Shown: positions 37,989 to 46,995, numbered from the stretch's first letter. The stretch: 64,000 nt of DNA from Dehalococcoidia bacterium (GCA_965261665.1 OZ253467.1:2503941-2567940), one strand, 5' to 3'. Notes: generated by a model from the sequence alone, not told the origin. Translations and numbers: made by a program.

Positions 37989-38849
37989 TTAACTACCAGC
38001 TACGGCGCGGCAGTGTTCCAGAGCAGATGCCGATTTGGCGGGCATGTCAGTAAGTATCTGAAAGCCCTGCTCCAGACGGTGCTCCACGTCTTCCTTCGTT
38101 TTCACTCCGGTGGCGCAAGGCACTCCGTATTCCTGGCAAACCTTGAGGGTTCGCAGCACCATCTCCTGTACCTCCGGGGCTTCGGTGGCGTTGCCGCCCA
38201 ACCCCATGTCCACGGAGAGGTCTCCCGCCCCTGCCATTATCGCCCCAATGCCCTTAACGTTCTTCAGGATGTCCGGTAGGTTTCGAGCGCCCTGAACCGT
38301 CTCGATTATGCCAATGAGCAGCATCTCTCCGTCCGGGTCCAGGGGCCATAGGTCGGACCTGTCGGTGTATTCCTCCACCGTTATGCCCCAGTATCGAACA
38401 GCCACGTCGTGAGGATGCCAGCCCCGCTCGCCCTTGGGCAGCATGTCCGCCGCGCCCTGACGCTGTGGATACCGAGACGCCACCACCGCCGCCGCCGCCG
38501 CCTCCACTGAATCCAGAACAGGGATGACGATGCCGTAGGCCCCCAGATCCAGGGTGTGCTTGATGATCCACTGGTTCTGCTCCCTGGCGTTTGGCGTAAT
38601 TCGAACGAAGGGCGTCGGGTGAGCCTGAAGGCTGGCAGTCTCCGCAATGCGCTTCCGATTCAACAAGGCCTGGAGCGATAGCCGTAGGGTGGGGAAGTCC
38701 AACCCCGTATGCTCGTTGTCTATGAAAACGTAGTCGTAGCCGGCGTCCGTGGCGAAGGCCAGGTCGTCCAAATTGCCGTTGTTGGCCCAGGTCCCAACGG
38801 CAGGCTTGCCCCTCTCCAGAAGGTCTATCACCCTGTTCAGTCGCGCCAT
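37989..38849 (-). CDS. HpcH/HpaI-family aldolase
   Basis: ..NLDDLAFATDAGYDYVFIDNEH.. and ..RITPN.. are typical of class II HpcH/HpaI aldolases. The start was set at ATG 38849, preceded by GGAGGA. Confidence 0.75.
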   Translation of the reverse strand: MARLNRVIDLLERGKPAVGTWANNGNLDDLAFATDAGYDYVFIDNEHTGLDFPTLRLSLQALLNRKRIAETASLQAHPTPFVRITPNAREQNQWIIKHTLDLGAYGIVIPVLDSVEAAAAAVVASRYPQRQGAADMLPKGERGWHPHDVAVRYWGITVEEYTDRSDLWPLDPDGEMLLIGIIETVQGARNLPDILKNVKGIGAIMAGAGDLSVDMGLGGNATEAPEVQEMVLRTLKVCQEYGVPCATGVKTKEDVEHRLEQGFQILTDMPAKSASALEHCRAVAGS

Positions 38850-38923
38850 AATCGTTCTGTTCCTCCACGTAAAGCTTGGGGGATGATATCTGAAACTCGC
38901 CTCCCATTGCAAAGGAGGGGCCT

Positions 38924-39013
38924 GTCATTCTGAACGCAGCGAAGCGAAGTGAAGAATCTAGGGTTGAGGACGGCGAGTAGACGATGAGATTCTTCGCTTC
39001 CCTCAAAATGAAC
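38924..39013. repeat. Palindromic MITE/REP-like intergenic element, copy 2
   Basis: gtcattctgaacgcagcgaagcgaagtgaagaatctaggg ... gagattcttcgcttccctcaaaatgaac. It shares the terminal gtcattctgaacg and the gaagaatct/agattcttc stem with copy 1. Confidence 0.75.
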
Positions 39014-39114
39014 CATGGCCCAAGCGTAATACGCCGTCAATGTCGGAGGTTTGACGCCCCCGCCGCGGAATTCTATACTCCAACCACCCCACTAGAATCG
39101 GCTAGGAGGCTGTT

Positions 39115-39525
39115 ATGAGCATGGGTGCGCAGCTGCAGCACGCGGCATTTCACACCACAGACTTGGAGAAGGCTCGGGACTTCTACGGCAGGATTCTCGG
39201 CCTGCAGGAAATTGTCCGGCCCAACGTTATGAGCTCCGGCATCTGGTACAGCGCCGGCCCTGCCCACGAGCTTCACATCACCCTGAGCGGCGTTGATGGC
39301 GTACCCCAAAAGGGGCGTAACATCAATCCTCGCAAGCGGGGCGTGGAAGGACGTCATCTGGCCTTCGCCGTCGCCGACCTCAAACAGACCAAGCGGCTGC
39401 TCGACGACGAGGGGATCCCATACGTGGGCAGCAACGACGAATTACCGCAGATCTTCGTTGAAGACTTCGACGGCAACCTGGTGGAGTTGAACTCGGGCTG
39501 GGCGGAACAGCAGCCGGCTGTCTGA
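39115..39525 (+). CDS. VOC (glyoxalase/bleomycin-resistance/dioxygenase) family protein
   Basis: 136 aa. ..LQHAAFHTTDLEKARDFYGRILGL.. and ..GRHLAFAV.. are VOC beta-alpha-beta-beta-beta module motifs. Confidence 0.75.
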   Translation: MSMGAQLQHAAFHTTDLEKARDFYGRILGLQEIVRPNVMSSGIWYSAGPAHELHITLSGVDGVPQKGRNINPRKRGVEGRHLAFAVADLKQTKRLLDDEGIPYVGSNDELPQIFVEDFDGNLVELNSGWAEQQPAV

Positions 39526-39578
39526 AATCTGCTCAAATGCTAGAACCTCAGGACCTTCAGGCAAATTAAGGAGTTGAG

Positions 39579-40097
39579 ATGGTTATCAAAGACCCGAAGC
39601 GGGACGTTGAATACGACCCCATGGTTGGCGTTCGTGGCCCGGTGCGTCTGGCCTCCGTGGAGGCCACGGCGGAGGTGGTCCAGGACCAGCTGAAGCGCGG
39701 CAATTGCGGTCGGTGGGAGATAATCTGCGACGAGCCCCCCAGCCTTGGCGGCCTGGACGTGGCGCCGGCGCCCCTGCACTACTTCGCCATGGCCGTGCTT
39801 TTCTGAGAGATGACCCAGATTGCGCGGTACGCGCAGTTCAAAAAAGTGGAGATTTCCAACGTCAAGGGTTACATCAAGCTCAACCTGACCATGACGGGTT
39901 CCGTCCTGGCGGAGACCATTGACGCCGGGGCCTCCAGTGTGGAGACAAACTTCGTCGTGGAGTCATCGGCGGACCCGGAGACCATTCGGTCCATCCTAAT
40001 AAACGCCCGACGGGGATGCTGGGCAAGGCAGATGATTGCCAAACCCATCCCCTTCAAGGACACCCTTACACTTAACGACGAGAGCTTCGAGTTCTAG
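39579..40097 (+). CDS. OsmC/Ohr-family protein with one in-frame TGA (39804-39806): candidate selenocysteine codon (alternatively a pseudogene)
   Basis: Two same-frame ORFs are separated only by TGA-GAG. Joined, they form one OsmC-length protein (172 codons). The TGA falls in ..APLHYFAMAVLF*EMTQ.., where the family has its first conserved Cys. The second Cys is present (..RRGCWAR..). AAGGAG precedes ATG 39579. Confidence 0.55.
39818..39838 (+). promoter_or_regulatory. SECIS-like stem-loop 12 nt downstream of the in-frame TGA
   Basis: AUUGCGCG-GUA-CGCGCAGU (39819-39837) forms 7-8 bp of G+C-rich stem. The apical G and U (39827-39828) lie 23-24 nt 3' of the U of UGA. Confidence 0.45.
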
Positions 40098-40166
40098 CCG
40101 CCGACTTTCTATAATTCAGACAAGCAGCCCGGCTGTTTTCCCGGGGCGCTCTAAGGCGCACCGTTT

Positions 40167-41300
40167 CTAGTCGAACCCGTAAACCCGGGCGCAGTTGCCC
40201 CCGACTATCTTGTCCTGCTCCTCCGCCGGCACACCCTCCAAAATCTCCTCCAGAATCCGCTGAGACTCCGGGAATGTAGACTCGGCGTGGGGATAGTCAG
40301 AACCCCACATTAGATTCTCGACGCCGATCATGTGCCTCAGCTGGACTCCGAGGCCGTCCTCCTGGAAGCTGTGGAACACGTTGGAACGCATGAGGTCGCT
40401 GGGCGTTGCATCGCCCTTGAACCGATAGGGGGCGGACTGGTAGCGCTCCTTGTAGGTGACGTCCATCCTGCCCAGGAAGAAGGGAATCCAGCCCAACTCG
40501 TGCTCGGCGCTGACAATCTTCAGGTTGGGGTAGCGCTCTAGCACCCCGGCGAAGACGATGTGCCCCAAGCACTGGCGGACGAAGTAGTCGTGGTTACAGC
40601 GGTCGGCGCCCGTCTGGGCGATCTTGCCGTCTATGACCACCTGGATGGCCCCGGGCCGGTTGGTAGTGACGTGAAGGCTGATGGGTATGTTCAACTCTTC
40701 GGCGGCAGCCCAGAAGGGTTCGTACATGGGATGGTTGTATGTCTGCCCCGCCTTCGGGTAGGAGCTGATCATCGCTCCGATAAGGCCCATTTCGGCGCAG
40801 CGGCGCAGCTCGGCGATCCCCTCCTCCACGCCTTCGTCCAGCAGCACCTCCGCGATGCCTTTTAGCCTTTCGGGGTTGGCGCTGCAAAATTCCGCCAGCC
40901 AGTCGTTGTAGGCGGCAAAGACGGCGCGAAGCAGATCGTTGTTCTCCATGCCGTAGAGGGGCAGCCCCGTAGACGGATAGACCAGCCCGCCATACACGCC
41001 GTCCAGGTCCATATCCTTCACGTGCTCCTCCGGGATGAACCCTCCCGGCCGAACGTTGTCAAAGACCCCGGCTTGGATGATTTCCTGGGGGTTGGTGAAC
41101 CGCTTGCCCGCGGCTGCTATGGCGCCCGTCGGGCCCATCCTGATGTTGTCGTAGTACCACCAGTCGTAGGGGTCTTCAGCGTCCCCTTTCCGCAAATGGG
41201 GAATGCTGGTGCCGAACTTGGGGTCCATTCGGTCTTCCCAGAGGTTGGGTGGCTCCACAATGTGGGAGTCCGAAGAGATAACCTTGCCGTAGAGGGTCAT
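40167..41300 (-). CDS. Amidohydrolase_2 (ACMSD-like metal-dependent hydrolase/decarboxylase) paralog 1
   Basis: 377 aa with N-terminal ..ISSDSHIVEP.. and C-terminal ..WGSDYPHAES... Confidence 0.8.
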   Translation of the reverse strand: MTLYGKVISSDSHIVEPPNLWEDRMDPKFGTSIPHLRKGDAEDPYDWWYYDNIRMGPTGAIAAAGKRFTNPQEIIQAGVFDNVRPGGFIPEEHVKDMDLDGVYGGLVYPSTGLPLYGMENNDLLRAVFAAYNDWLAEFCSANPERLKGIAEVLLDEGVEEGIAELRRCAEMGLIGAMISSYPKAGQTYNHPMYEPFWAAAEELNIPISLHVTTNRPGAIQVVIDGKIAQTGADRCNHDYFVRQCLGHIVFAGVLERYPNLKIVSAEHELGWIPFFLGRMDVTYKERYQSAPYRFKGDATPSDLMRSNVFHSFQEDGLGVQLRHMIGVENLMWGSDYPHAESTFPESQRILEEILEGVPAEEQDKIVGGNCARVYGFD

Positions 41301-41531
41301 TTCTCTCCTCCGAAATTATTTCGCCCGTGCCTGCCGGCGGCTGCCCATGGTCACGGGGCTATTTGTGCACACTTTATTGAATTTCGACCGAATTTACAAG
41401 CTGTTGACCCTTCCAGCCGGCCTCTCCTATAATCGCCGAGCTTGCATTCACCAAGCACAATCCCATCATGCTCGCCCATAGGAATCCTCTCTTGACGCCA
41501 GACGCCATTCGACGCTCGACGGACGGATGAT

Positions 41532-42926
41532 TTGCTCTATCCAGTGATCCTGGCCGGCGGCTCCGGCACACGCCTCTGGCCCTTCTCCAAGCCTGAACGA
41601 CCCAAGCAGTTCCTGTCGTTGTTGGGCGGCGGGACTATGCTGCAGGATACCCTCGCCCGGCTGGAAGGAATGCCCGCCGCGCCTCCCCTCATCGTGTGCA
41701 ACGAAAGCCACGGAGAGATAGCCTTGGAGCAGTTGGCGCAGGCAGGCCACCCCGCGCTTTCAGCAATCCTGGAGCCGGAAGGTCGCAACACCGCCCCCGC
41801 GCTGACATTGGCGGCCCTCTATCTTGAGGAAGCCACCGCCAAGGGTGAAGACGCCATGATGCTGGCAATGCCCGCAGACAACGTGGTCCGCAGCCCCGCG
41901 GAGTTCCAACGCTCCCTGAAGGCCGCCCTACCAATGGCTCGCGCCGGATATATGGTCACCTTTGGCATTGTTCCCCTCCAGCCACACACCGGCTACGGGT
42001 ACATCCGTCGGGGAAGATTCCTGCGGCAGGAAACCAACCTCCCAGCGGCTATGGAGGTGGTGTCCTTCGTGGAGAAGCCGTCCCTTTCCAAAGCTCAGGA
42101 ATACCTTAGAGATGGCCGCTTCCTGTGGAACAGCGGTATATTTCTTATCAGCGCGTCGGTATGGCTGAGAGCTTTGGACCGTTGCCGCCCAGACATTGCC
42201 GACGCTTGCCGCAGAGCTTATGAAGAGGCTGAGATAGACGGCCTCTTCATAAGCCCCCACCGAGACCGTTTCCTCGCTTGCCCCTCCGAGTCCATCGACT
42301 ACGCCGTCATGGAAAAAACGGCGGAGGATGCGGAAGTCCGGGTGGCAGTCGTCCCCTTGTCCGGCGGCTGGTCCGACCTTGGCTCCTGGGCCCAGGTATG
42401 GGAAGAACGGTGCAGCGATGCGGAGGGAAACGTGGTGGAAGGCCCCGTGTTTCTCCAATCGGTGCAGAATTCCCTCGTGCTGGCCAATGAGCGTACGGTG
42501 GCCGCAGTAGGATTAAAGGACGCAGTTGTAGTCGAGACTCCCGACGCCGTGCTGGTCTCCTCTCGTGAGCAGGTGCAGGAGGTGCGTCGCATCGCAGAGC
42601 GCCTCAAGGACGAAAAGGGAAGCGGTTCCGACGAAAGCCGTCATCCTTGGGGCACTTGCCGTAAAGTGGACGAGGGTGAGGGCTTCATAGTGTATCGGGT
42701 AACGGTAGAACCGGGCAGGGCCTTCATGCAACGCGATTACGATAACGAAAAAGTGTGGACGCAAGCGAGCGGACGGGTGACTCTGATAACGGATTTCGAT
42801 GAAAGGATATTGGAACCCGGCGCGTCCGTCTGTCTGGCCACCGGCCAGACCTACCGACTGGAGAACCGCAGCCCCAACGCCGCCCATGCCCTTCTGGTGG
42901 TCTATCGTGAATCTGAGCACCCATAA
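41532..42926 (+). CDS. manC: Mannose-1-phosphate guanylyltransferase / mannose-6-phosphate isomerase (bifunctional type)
   Basis: 464 aa. The N-terminus ..PVILAGGSGTRLWPFS..PKQFL.. is present, with a cupin-type C-terminal domain. The start is TTG. Confidence 0.85.
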   Translation: MLYPVILAGGSGTRLWPFSKPERPKQFLSLLGGGTMLQDTLARLEGMPAAPPLIVCNESHGEIALEQLAQAGHPALSAILEPEGRNTAPALTLAALYLEEATAKGEDAMMLAMPADNVVRSPAEFQRSLKAALPMARAGYMVTFGIVPLQPHTGYGYIRRGRFLRQETNLPAAMEVVSFVEKPSLSKAQEYLRDGRFLWNSGIFLISASVWLRALDRCRPDIADACRRAYEEAEIDGLFISPHRDRFLACPSESIDYAVMEKTAEDAEVRVAVVPLSGGWSDLGSWAQVWEERCSDAEGNVVEGPVFLQSVQNSLVLANERTVAAVGLKDAVVVETPDAVLVSSREQVQEVRRIAERLKDEKGSGSDESRHPWGTCRKVDEGEGFIVYRVTVEPGRAFMQRDYDNEKVWTQASGRVTLITDFDERILEPGASVCLATGQTYRLENRSPNAAHALLVVYRESEHP

Positions 42927-42957
42927 CGCAAAGGCCCTCAAGCAAACTTTTCACTGA

Positions 42958-43164
42958 ATGTTCCCCCTGAAGTGGAGAAAATGGTTTGTGCTCTTGACAG
43001 GGATCTTGCTCCTGTGGCAATTCATTGTGCTGCTGACTACCACGGAAGCGTTAAATAGGCTTCCAAATTTCATTTTCACGCTGCTTGGCGCCGCTCTCTT
43101 TGGATACGCTCTATTGGGTCTGAAACTTGGCATGGATGACCAAAAAGATAAAGACGACGGATAG
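42958..43164 (+). CDS. Small hypothetical membrane protein (2 TMS)
   Basis: 68-aa ORF in a lower-G+C spacer, with two clear hydrophobic helices and a KD-rich tail. There is no homology evidence. Confidence 0.3.
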   Translation: MFPLKWRKWFVLLTGILLLWQFIVLLTTTEALNRLPNFIFTLLGAALFGYALLGLKLGMDDQKDKDDG

Positions 43165-43238
43165 GTGGCGTTGCGACCGTTCTTAGTCCGGTATTCAGTT
43201 GATGGCAGACTGATGGTAAGTAGACAAAAGTCCCTCCA

Positions 43239-43266
43239 TCGACTCACGCAGACAATGTGCTATGAT
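43239..43266 (+). promoter_or_regulatory. Putative extended -10 promoter of the 43.3-46.9 kb cluster
   Basis: TCGACT (43239-43244), a 16-nt spacer and TGC-TATGAT (-10 hexamer at 43261-43266), about 37 nt upstream of GTG 43303. Confidence 0.35.
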
Positions 43267-43302
43267 TTATTCTGAGGCTGGGCGGACCTCTCGCGCCATT
43301 CC

Positions 43303-43842
43303 GTGAAAGGCGCAGAAAATTGTCCGCCTTCTAGCCCATGTTTCATTGTGACTTATGTAAACCACATATCTGCCCTCTTATCCGCTCTGCCCACTATTGA
43401 CGGCAAAGCCCTTCTGAAGGCCAAGGTTCTCTTTCCCGTCACGGCCTTGACTCTCCTGGCAGCCCTTCTGCTGCCCCCTCTCGGCCCGCTGGCAGACCAT
43501 CACTTTGCCGAGCGTCAGCCCGGCCACTTGCATATCTACCTGGCCGGTGTGCCGATTCAGCACCTTCACGACCATGAGGCCTTCCACCCCCACGCGTCGA
43601 CCAATGTTGGCCCCGTGGAGGTTGAGAATAGCGGCCCCGTTCTCGAAAGCACCGTAATCTTCATGCCCCAAGAGGGCGAAGGCTTGTCGGTGTCCACTCT
43701 TGGAATTACCCTTACCCTACTGACCAGCGTCGTCGCCTTGGCGCTTCCAACTATGCTCACACTACTAACACCCCGCAGTCAAAGAGCTTTGCGGGCCATC
43801 ATTCTTTACCCGGAACCGCCGCCGCCCCGCCTAGCGCTCTAG
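43303..43842 (+). CDS. His-rich membrane protein (2 TMS), unknown function
   Basis: 179 aa. The TM helix ..VLFPVTALTLLAALLL.. is followed by ..ADHHFAERQPGHLHIYLAGVPIQHLHDHEAFHPHAS.. and then a C-terminal TM helix. The start is uncertain. Confidence 0.5.
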   Translation: MKGAENCPPSSPCFIVTYVNHISALLSALPTIDGKALLKAKVLFPVTALTLLAALLLPPLGPLADHHFAERQPGHLHIYLAGVPIQHLHDHEAFHPHASTNVGPVEVENSGPVLESTVIFMPQEGEGLSVSTLGITLTLLTSVVALALPTMLTLLTPRSQRALRAIILYPEPPPPRLAL

Positions 43843-43901
43843 ACTCGTTGCGTCCGAGACCCCATCCGAACCCGGACGGCATACCGCCGTACATTCGCCC
43901 T

Positions 43902-44480
43902 ATGAGCAGGAGCGCCCTTGGAAATATGAAAGTCAGACTATTGACGATAGCGGCCCTGGCTATGGGGATTCTGGCGGCTTCAGCGGTCTTCAGCGTAGCC
44001 CCCGCCGCAGCCAACGGAATCCACCCCAACGCGCGGGAGGTATACTCCGGCGCCATCGGGCCCTACTTTCTACGGGTCACCACCGCACCCATCGTCGGTA
44101 ACATGCACTTCGTGGTGCACTTGTCCCAAGCCGATGGCGTTCAGCCGGTGGATGATGCCGGAATTGCCGTTTGGGGACGGCCCGACGATGTAAACCTGCC
44201 CCCTGTGGGGCCGGTGGCCGGCGTAGCGTCCCTGGACGGCCCTAACTTGTTCACCGTCGATCTACCCGTAGACGAGGTTGGGCAATGGGTGTTCACGATA
44301 CGAGTCCGGGGTTCCCTGGGCGAAGATTCCGCAGACATTCCCCTAACGGTGAGCCGCCACGGCAGCGTAAACCTCGGCGTGGTGGGCATTCTGTTGATTC
44401 TGGTGGTCGTCGCCGGTTTGGCTGCCCTTTCGTGGGGCAGGAAACGCCGAAAACGCCCGGACAGTGGCGCAAGGAGATAG
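43902..44480 (+). CDS. Exported beta-rich protein with C-terminal membrane anchor, unknown function
   Basis: The signal peptide ..LAMGILAASAVFSVAPAAANG is followed by IHPN.., a probable Ig-like domain (..NMHFVVHLSQADG..), then the TM helix ..VVGILLILVVVAGLAAL.. and a basic tail. The start is uncertain (43848, 43902 or 43926). Confidence 0.5.
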   Translation: MSRSALGNMKVRLLTIAALAMGILAASAVFSVAPAAANGIHPNAREVYSGAIGPYFLRVTTAPIVGNMHFVVHLSQADGVQPVDDAGIAVWGRPDDVNLPPVGPVAGVASLDGPNLFTVDLPVDEVGQWVFTIRVRGSLGEDSADIPLTVSRHGSVNLGVVGILLILVVVAGLAALSWGRKRRKRPDSGARR

Positions 44481-44517
44481 GTTTCAGCCCGCAAAATTAA
44501 CAAAAAAGGAGCGAATA

Positions 44518-45315
44518 ATGCCAAAGGCCATCTCTAACAATTGGCTACTATTCCTCGTCCTGATTTCCAGCTTCGTCGTTGCCGCCTGCGGTGGCGGCGG
44601 CGGCGAACCGGGAGAGGTAACCTTCGACCTGCGAATTGCAGACCGCGCCCTGGTGGGTTTCGATTCCGCCCCTGAAATAAAACAGGACGACCTGGTTACC
44701 TTCAACATAACTTCCGACGAGGTGGCCAGCTTCCACCTGCACGGCTACGACCATGAACTGGAGCTGGTCCCCCAAGTCACCGGCAGCTTCCGCTTTATCG
44801 CCGTCGCCACCGGAAGCTTTCCCATGACCGTCCACGTGGGAGCGGAATCCGGCGGTGAAGAACACGACGGCATGAGCAGCGGCGACGGACACCACGATAA
44901 GACCATCGAGGCTCCGGCAGACCTGTCGGTAGCCGTAGAAGCGACCCTGGACGCCGTTTCCGGCGTGAACCTCAAGATCACCACCACCGGCTTCACCTTC
45001 GCCCCGGAACACGCCAGCGGCGAGCACATGACCGGCGAAGGTCACGCTCACGTCTACGTCGACGGGGTGAAGGACAATCGCGTATACGGCAACTACTACC
45101 ACCTCTCAGGCCTCGACCCGGGTGAACGCTCCATCCGCATTACTCTCAACGCCAACAGCCACGAGCAATACGCCAAGGGCGAGCACCCCGTGGAAGCAAC
45201 GACAACCATTGTCGTACCCGGCGAAGCTGCTGCCACGTCAGACCACGACGACGAATCGTCCGCGTCGGAACCAACCGAAATCGACCTGGGCCGCCTGGTA
45301 GTGCTCCCCCGATAA
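44518..45315 (+). CDS. Lipoprotein with cupredoxin-like and His-rich domains, unknown function
   Basis: AAGGAG RBS. The lipobox is ..SSFVVAAC. ..VTFNITSDEVASFHLHGYDHELELVP.. looks like a cupredoxin-like strand pattern. ..GEGHAHVYVDG.. is a second His motif. Confidence 0.55.
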   Translation: MPKAISNNWLLFLVLISSFVVAACGGGGGEPGEVTFDLRIADRALVGFDSAPEIKQDDLVTFNITSDEVASFHLHGYDHELELVPQVTGSFRFIAVATGSFPMTVHVGAESGGEEHDGMSSGDGHHDKTIEAPADLSVAVEATLDAVSGVNLKITTTGFTFAPEHASGEHMTGEGHAHVYVDGVKDNRVYGNYYHLSGLDPGERSIRITLNANSHEQYAKGEHPVEATTTIVVPGEAAATSDHDDESSASEPTEIDLGRLVVLPR

Positions 45316-45394
45316 CGACGCCTCGGAGTTATGGGAGAGTCGCGTTTGATTCGCGCCTTGGGAAAGAAAATTCCACGGAAGGAGGGGTGACGGT

Positions 45395-46939
45395 ATGTCC
45401 TCATTGGCACGGATAGTTCTTGCGGGCGGGGCAATCGGCCTCGGCGCGGCGGCGCTTACGCCGGCGACGGCCTACGCCCACGGGTTCGGCGAGCGATACG
45501 ACCTGCCCGTCCCACTCTGGCTTTACGTCACCGGCGCAGGAGCAGCCGTCGCCCTCTCCTTCGTCGTCATCGGCCTGTTCATGCGGGGAAACCCGGAGGG
45601 ACGGACATACCCCCGGGTCAACCTGCTGAAATGGCTTCCCTTCCGGCTGCTGTCCCACCCTATCGCCCTCTTTCCGCTGCAGCTCGCGGCGGTGGGACTC
45701 TTTCTGCTGGTAGTTGTCGGCGGGCTTGTGGGCGAACAAGAACCCACTGACAACGCAGCCCCTGTGCTGGTCTGGATTCTCTGGTGGGTGGGCTTGGCCT
45801 ACGTATCGGCGTTGTTAGGCAACATGTGGGTGATCCTCAACTCCTGGAAGATAATTTTCACCTGGGTGGAGTGGGCCTTCGTTACCGCCACCGACGGCAA
45901 GGAACTAAACCTGGGGTACCGCTACCCTGTGCGTTTCGGCGTCTGGCCCGCCTTCATCCTCTTCTGGGCCTTCGCCTGGATAGAGCTGGTGTACGTGGAC
46001 GCCGCCATTCCGGCCCACCTTGCACGCCTCGCCATCAACTACTCCGTAATCACTTGGGCGGGCATGATCATCTACGGCAGGGATCAGTGGCTTCGACACG
46101 GCGAGGCCTTCACCCTGGTGTTCGGATTCCTGTCCAAGTTCGCCCCCACGGAGCTTCGAACCCTGGACGATTCCACCTGCCGGGCCTGTCCGCTGGACTG
46201 CCTCGACGAGGACGGCCTCTGCATCGACTGCCACCGGTGTTTCAGCAGGGCGCGCCACGACAGGAGGGAACTAAATCTTCGACCTTTCGCGGCCGGTCTT
46301 TTACGAAACGAAGTCGTTTCCACTTCGATGGCGGCTCTCGTCGTGCTCCTGCTCTCGACGGTTACCTACGACGGTCTTGCGGCCACCCCCCTGTGGGCTT
46401 CCATCCACGACGGACTCGTCAGCTCATTTGCCGGCAACAGTGACGTCGTGGGTACGCTGGGGCTTCTGGTGTTCCCGCTGCTCTTCGGACTCGTCTACCT
46501 CGCCACGTCATGGCTCATAGCCCAAATCGTCAATCAGCCAAATGCGGTAATCAAGATAGCCCGAACCTTCGTCTACTCCCTCATCCCCATTGCGCTGGCC
46601 TACCACCTGGCCCATTTCCTATCGTTCCTGCTGATTCAGGGGCAGCTGGCTATCCCGCTGGCGTCGGACCCTCTGGGCATGGGTTGGGACCTGTTCGGCA
46701 CAACGGACTATCAGACGAACCTGCGGATAATAAATGCCCGCACAACCTGGATTCTGGCAGTGGTCGCCATCGTCGTGGGACACATTATATCCGTGTTCCT
46801 CGCCCACACCATCGCCCTTCGGACCTTCAAAGAGCGGGGTTTGGCGCTCAGAAGCCAACTGCCCATGCTAGCCCTTATGGTGGGCTACACCATGGTCAGC
46901 CTCTGGATTCTGGCTCAACCCATCACTGAGTCGAGCTAA
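45395..46939 (+). CDS. Polytopic membrane protein (>=10 TMS) with N-terminal His after signal peptide and a Cys cluster, unknown function
   Basis: 514 aa. The signal ..TPATAYA is followed by HGFGERYDLPVPLWLY. A Cys-rich loop ..CRACPLDCLDEDGLCIDCHRC.. is present. It is the last gene of the cluster. Confidence 0.55.
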   Translation: MSSLARIVLAGGAIGLGAAALTPATAYAHGFGERYDLPVPLWLYVTGAGAAVALSFVVIGLFMRGNPEGRTYPRVNLLKWLPFRLLSHPIALFPLQLAAVGLFLLVVVGGLVGEQEPTDNAAPVLVWILWWVGLAYVSALLGNMWVILNSWKIIFTWVEWAFVTATDGKELNLGYRYPVRFGVWPAFILFWAFAWIELVYVDAAIPAHLARLAINYSVITWAGMIIYGRDQWLRHGEAFTLVFGFLSKFAPTELRTLDDSTCRACPLDCLDEDGLCIDCHRCFSRARHDRRELNLRPFAAGLLRNEVVSTSMAALVVLLLSTVTYDGLAATPLWASIHDGLVSSFAGNSDVVGTLGLLVFPLLFGLVYLATSWLIAQIVNQPNAVIKIARTFVYSLIPIALAYHLAHFLSFLLIQGQLAIPLASDPLGMGWDLFGTTDYQTNLRIINARTTWILAVVAIVVGHIISVFLAHTIALRTFKERGLALRSQLPMLALMVGYTMVSLWILAQPITESS

Positions 46940-46995
46940 GCGGAGCGGAGTGCCGGGGCGCTCGCCCGCCAAGGCCGTTGAGGACAGATTAGGCG

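Noticed and set aside
39810-40097. 95-aa ORF treated as an independent gene starting at ATG 39810
   Set aside because: It is in frame with and contiguous to the upstream 75-aa ORF. It encodes only the C-terminal half of an OsmC fold and has no convincing RBS. It is better explained as one gene with a recoded or mutated TGA.
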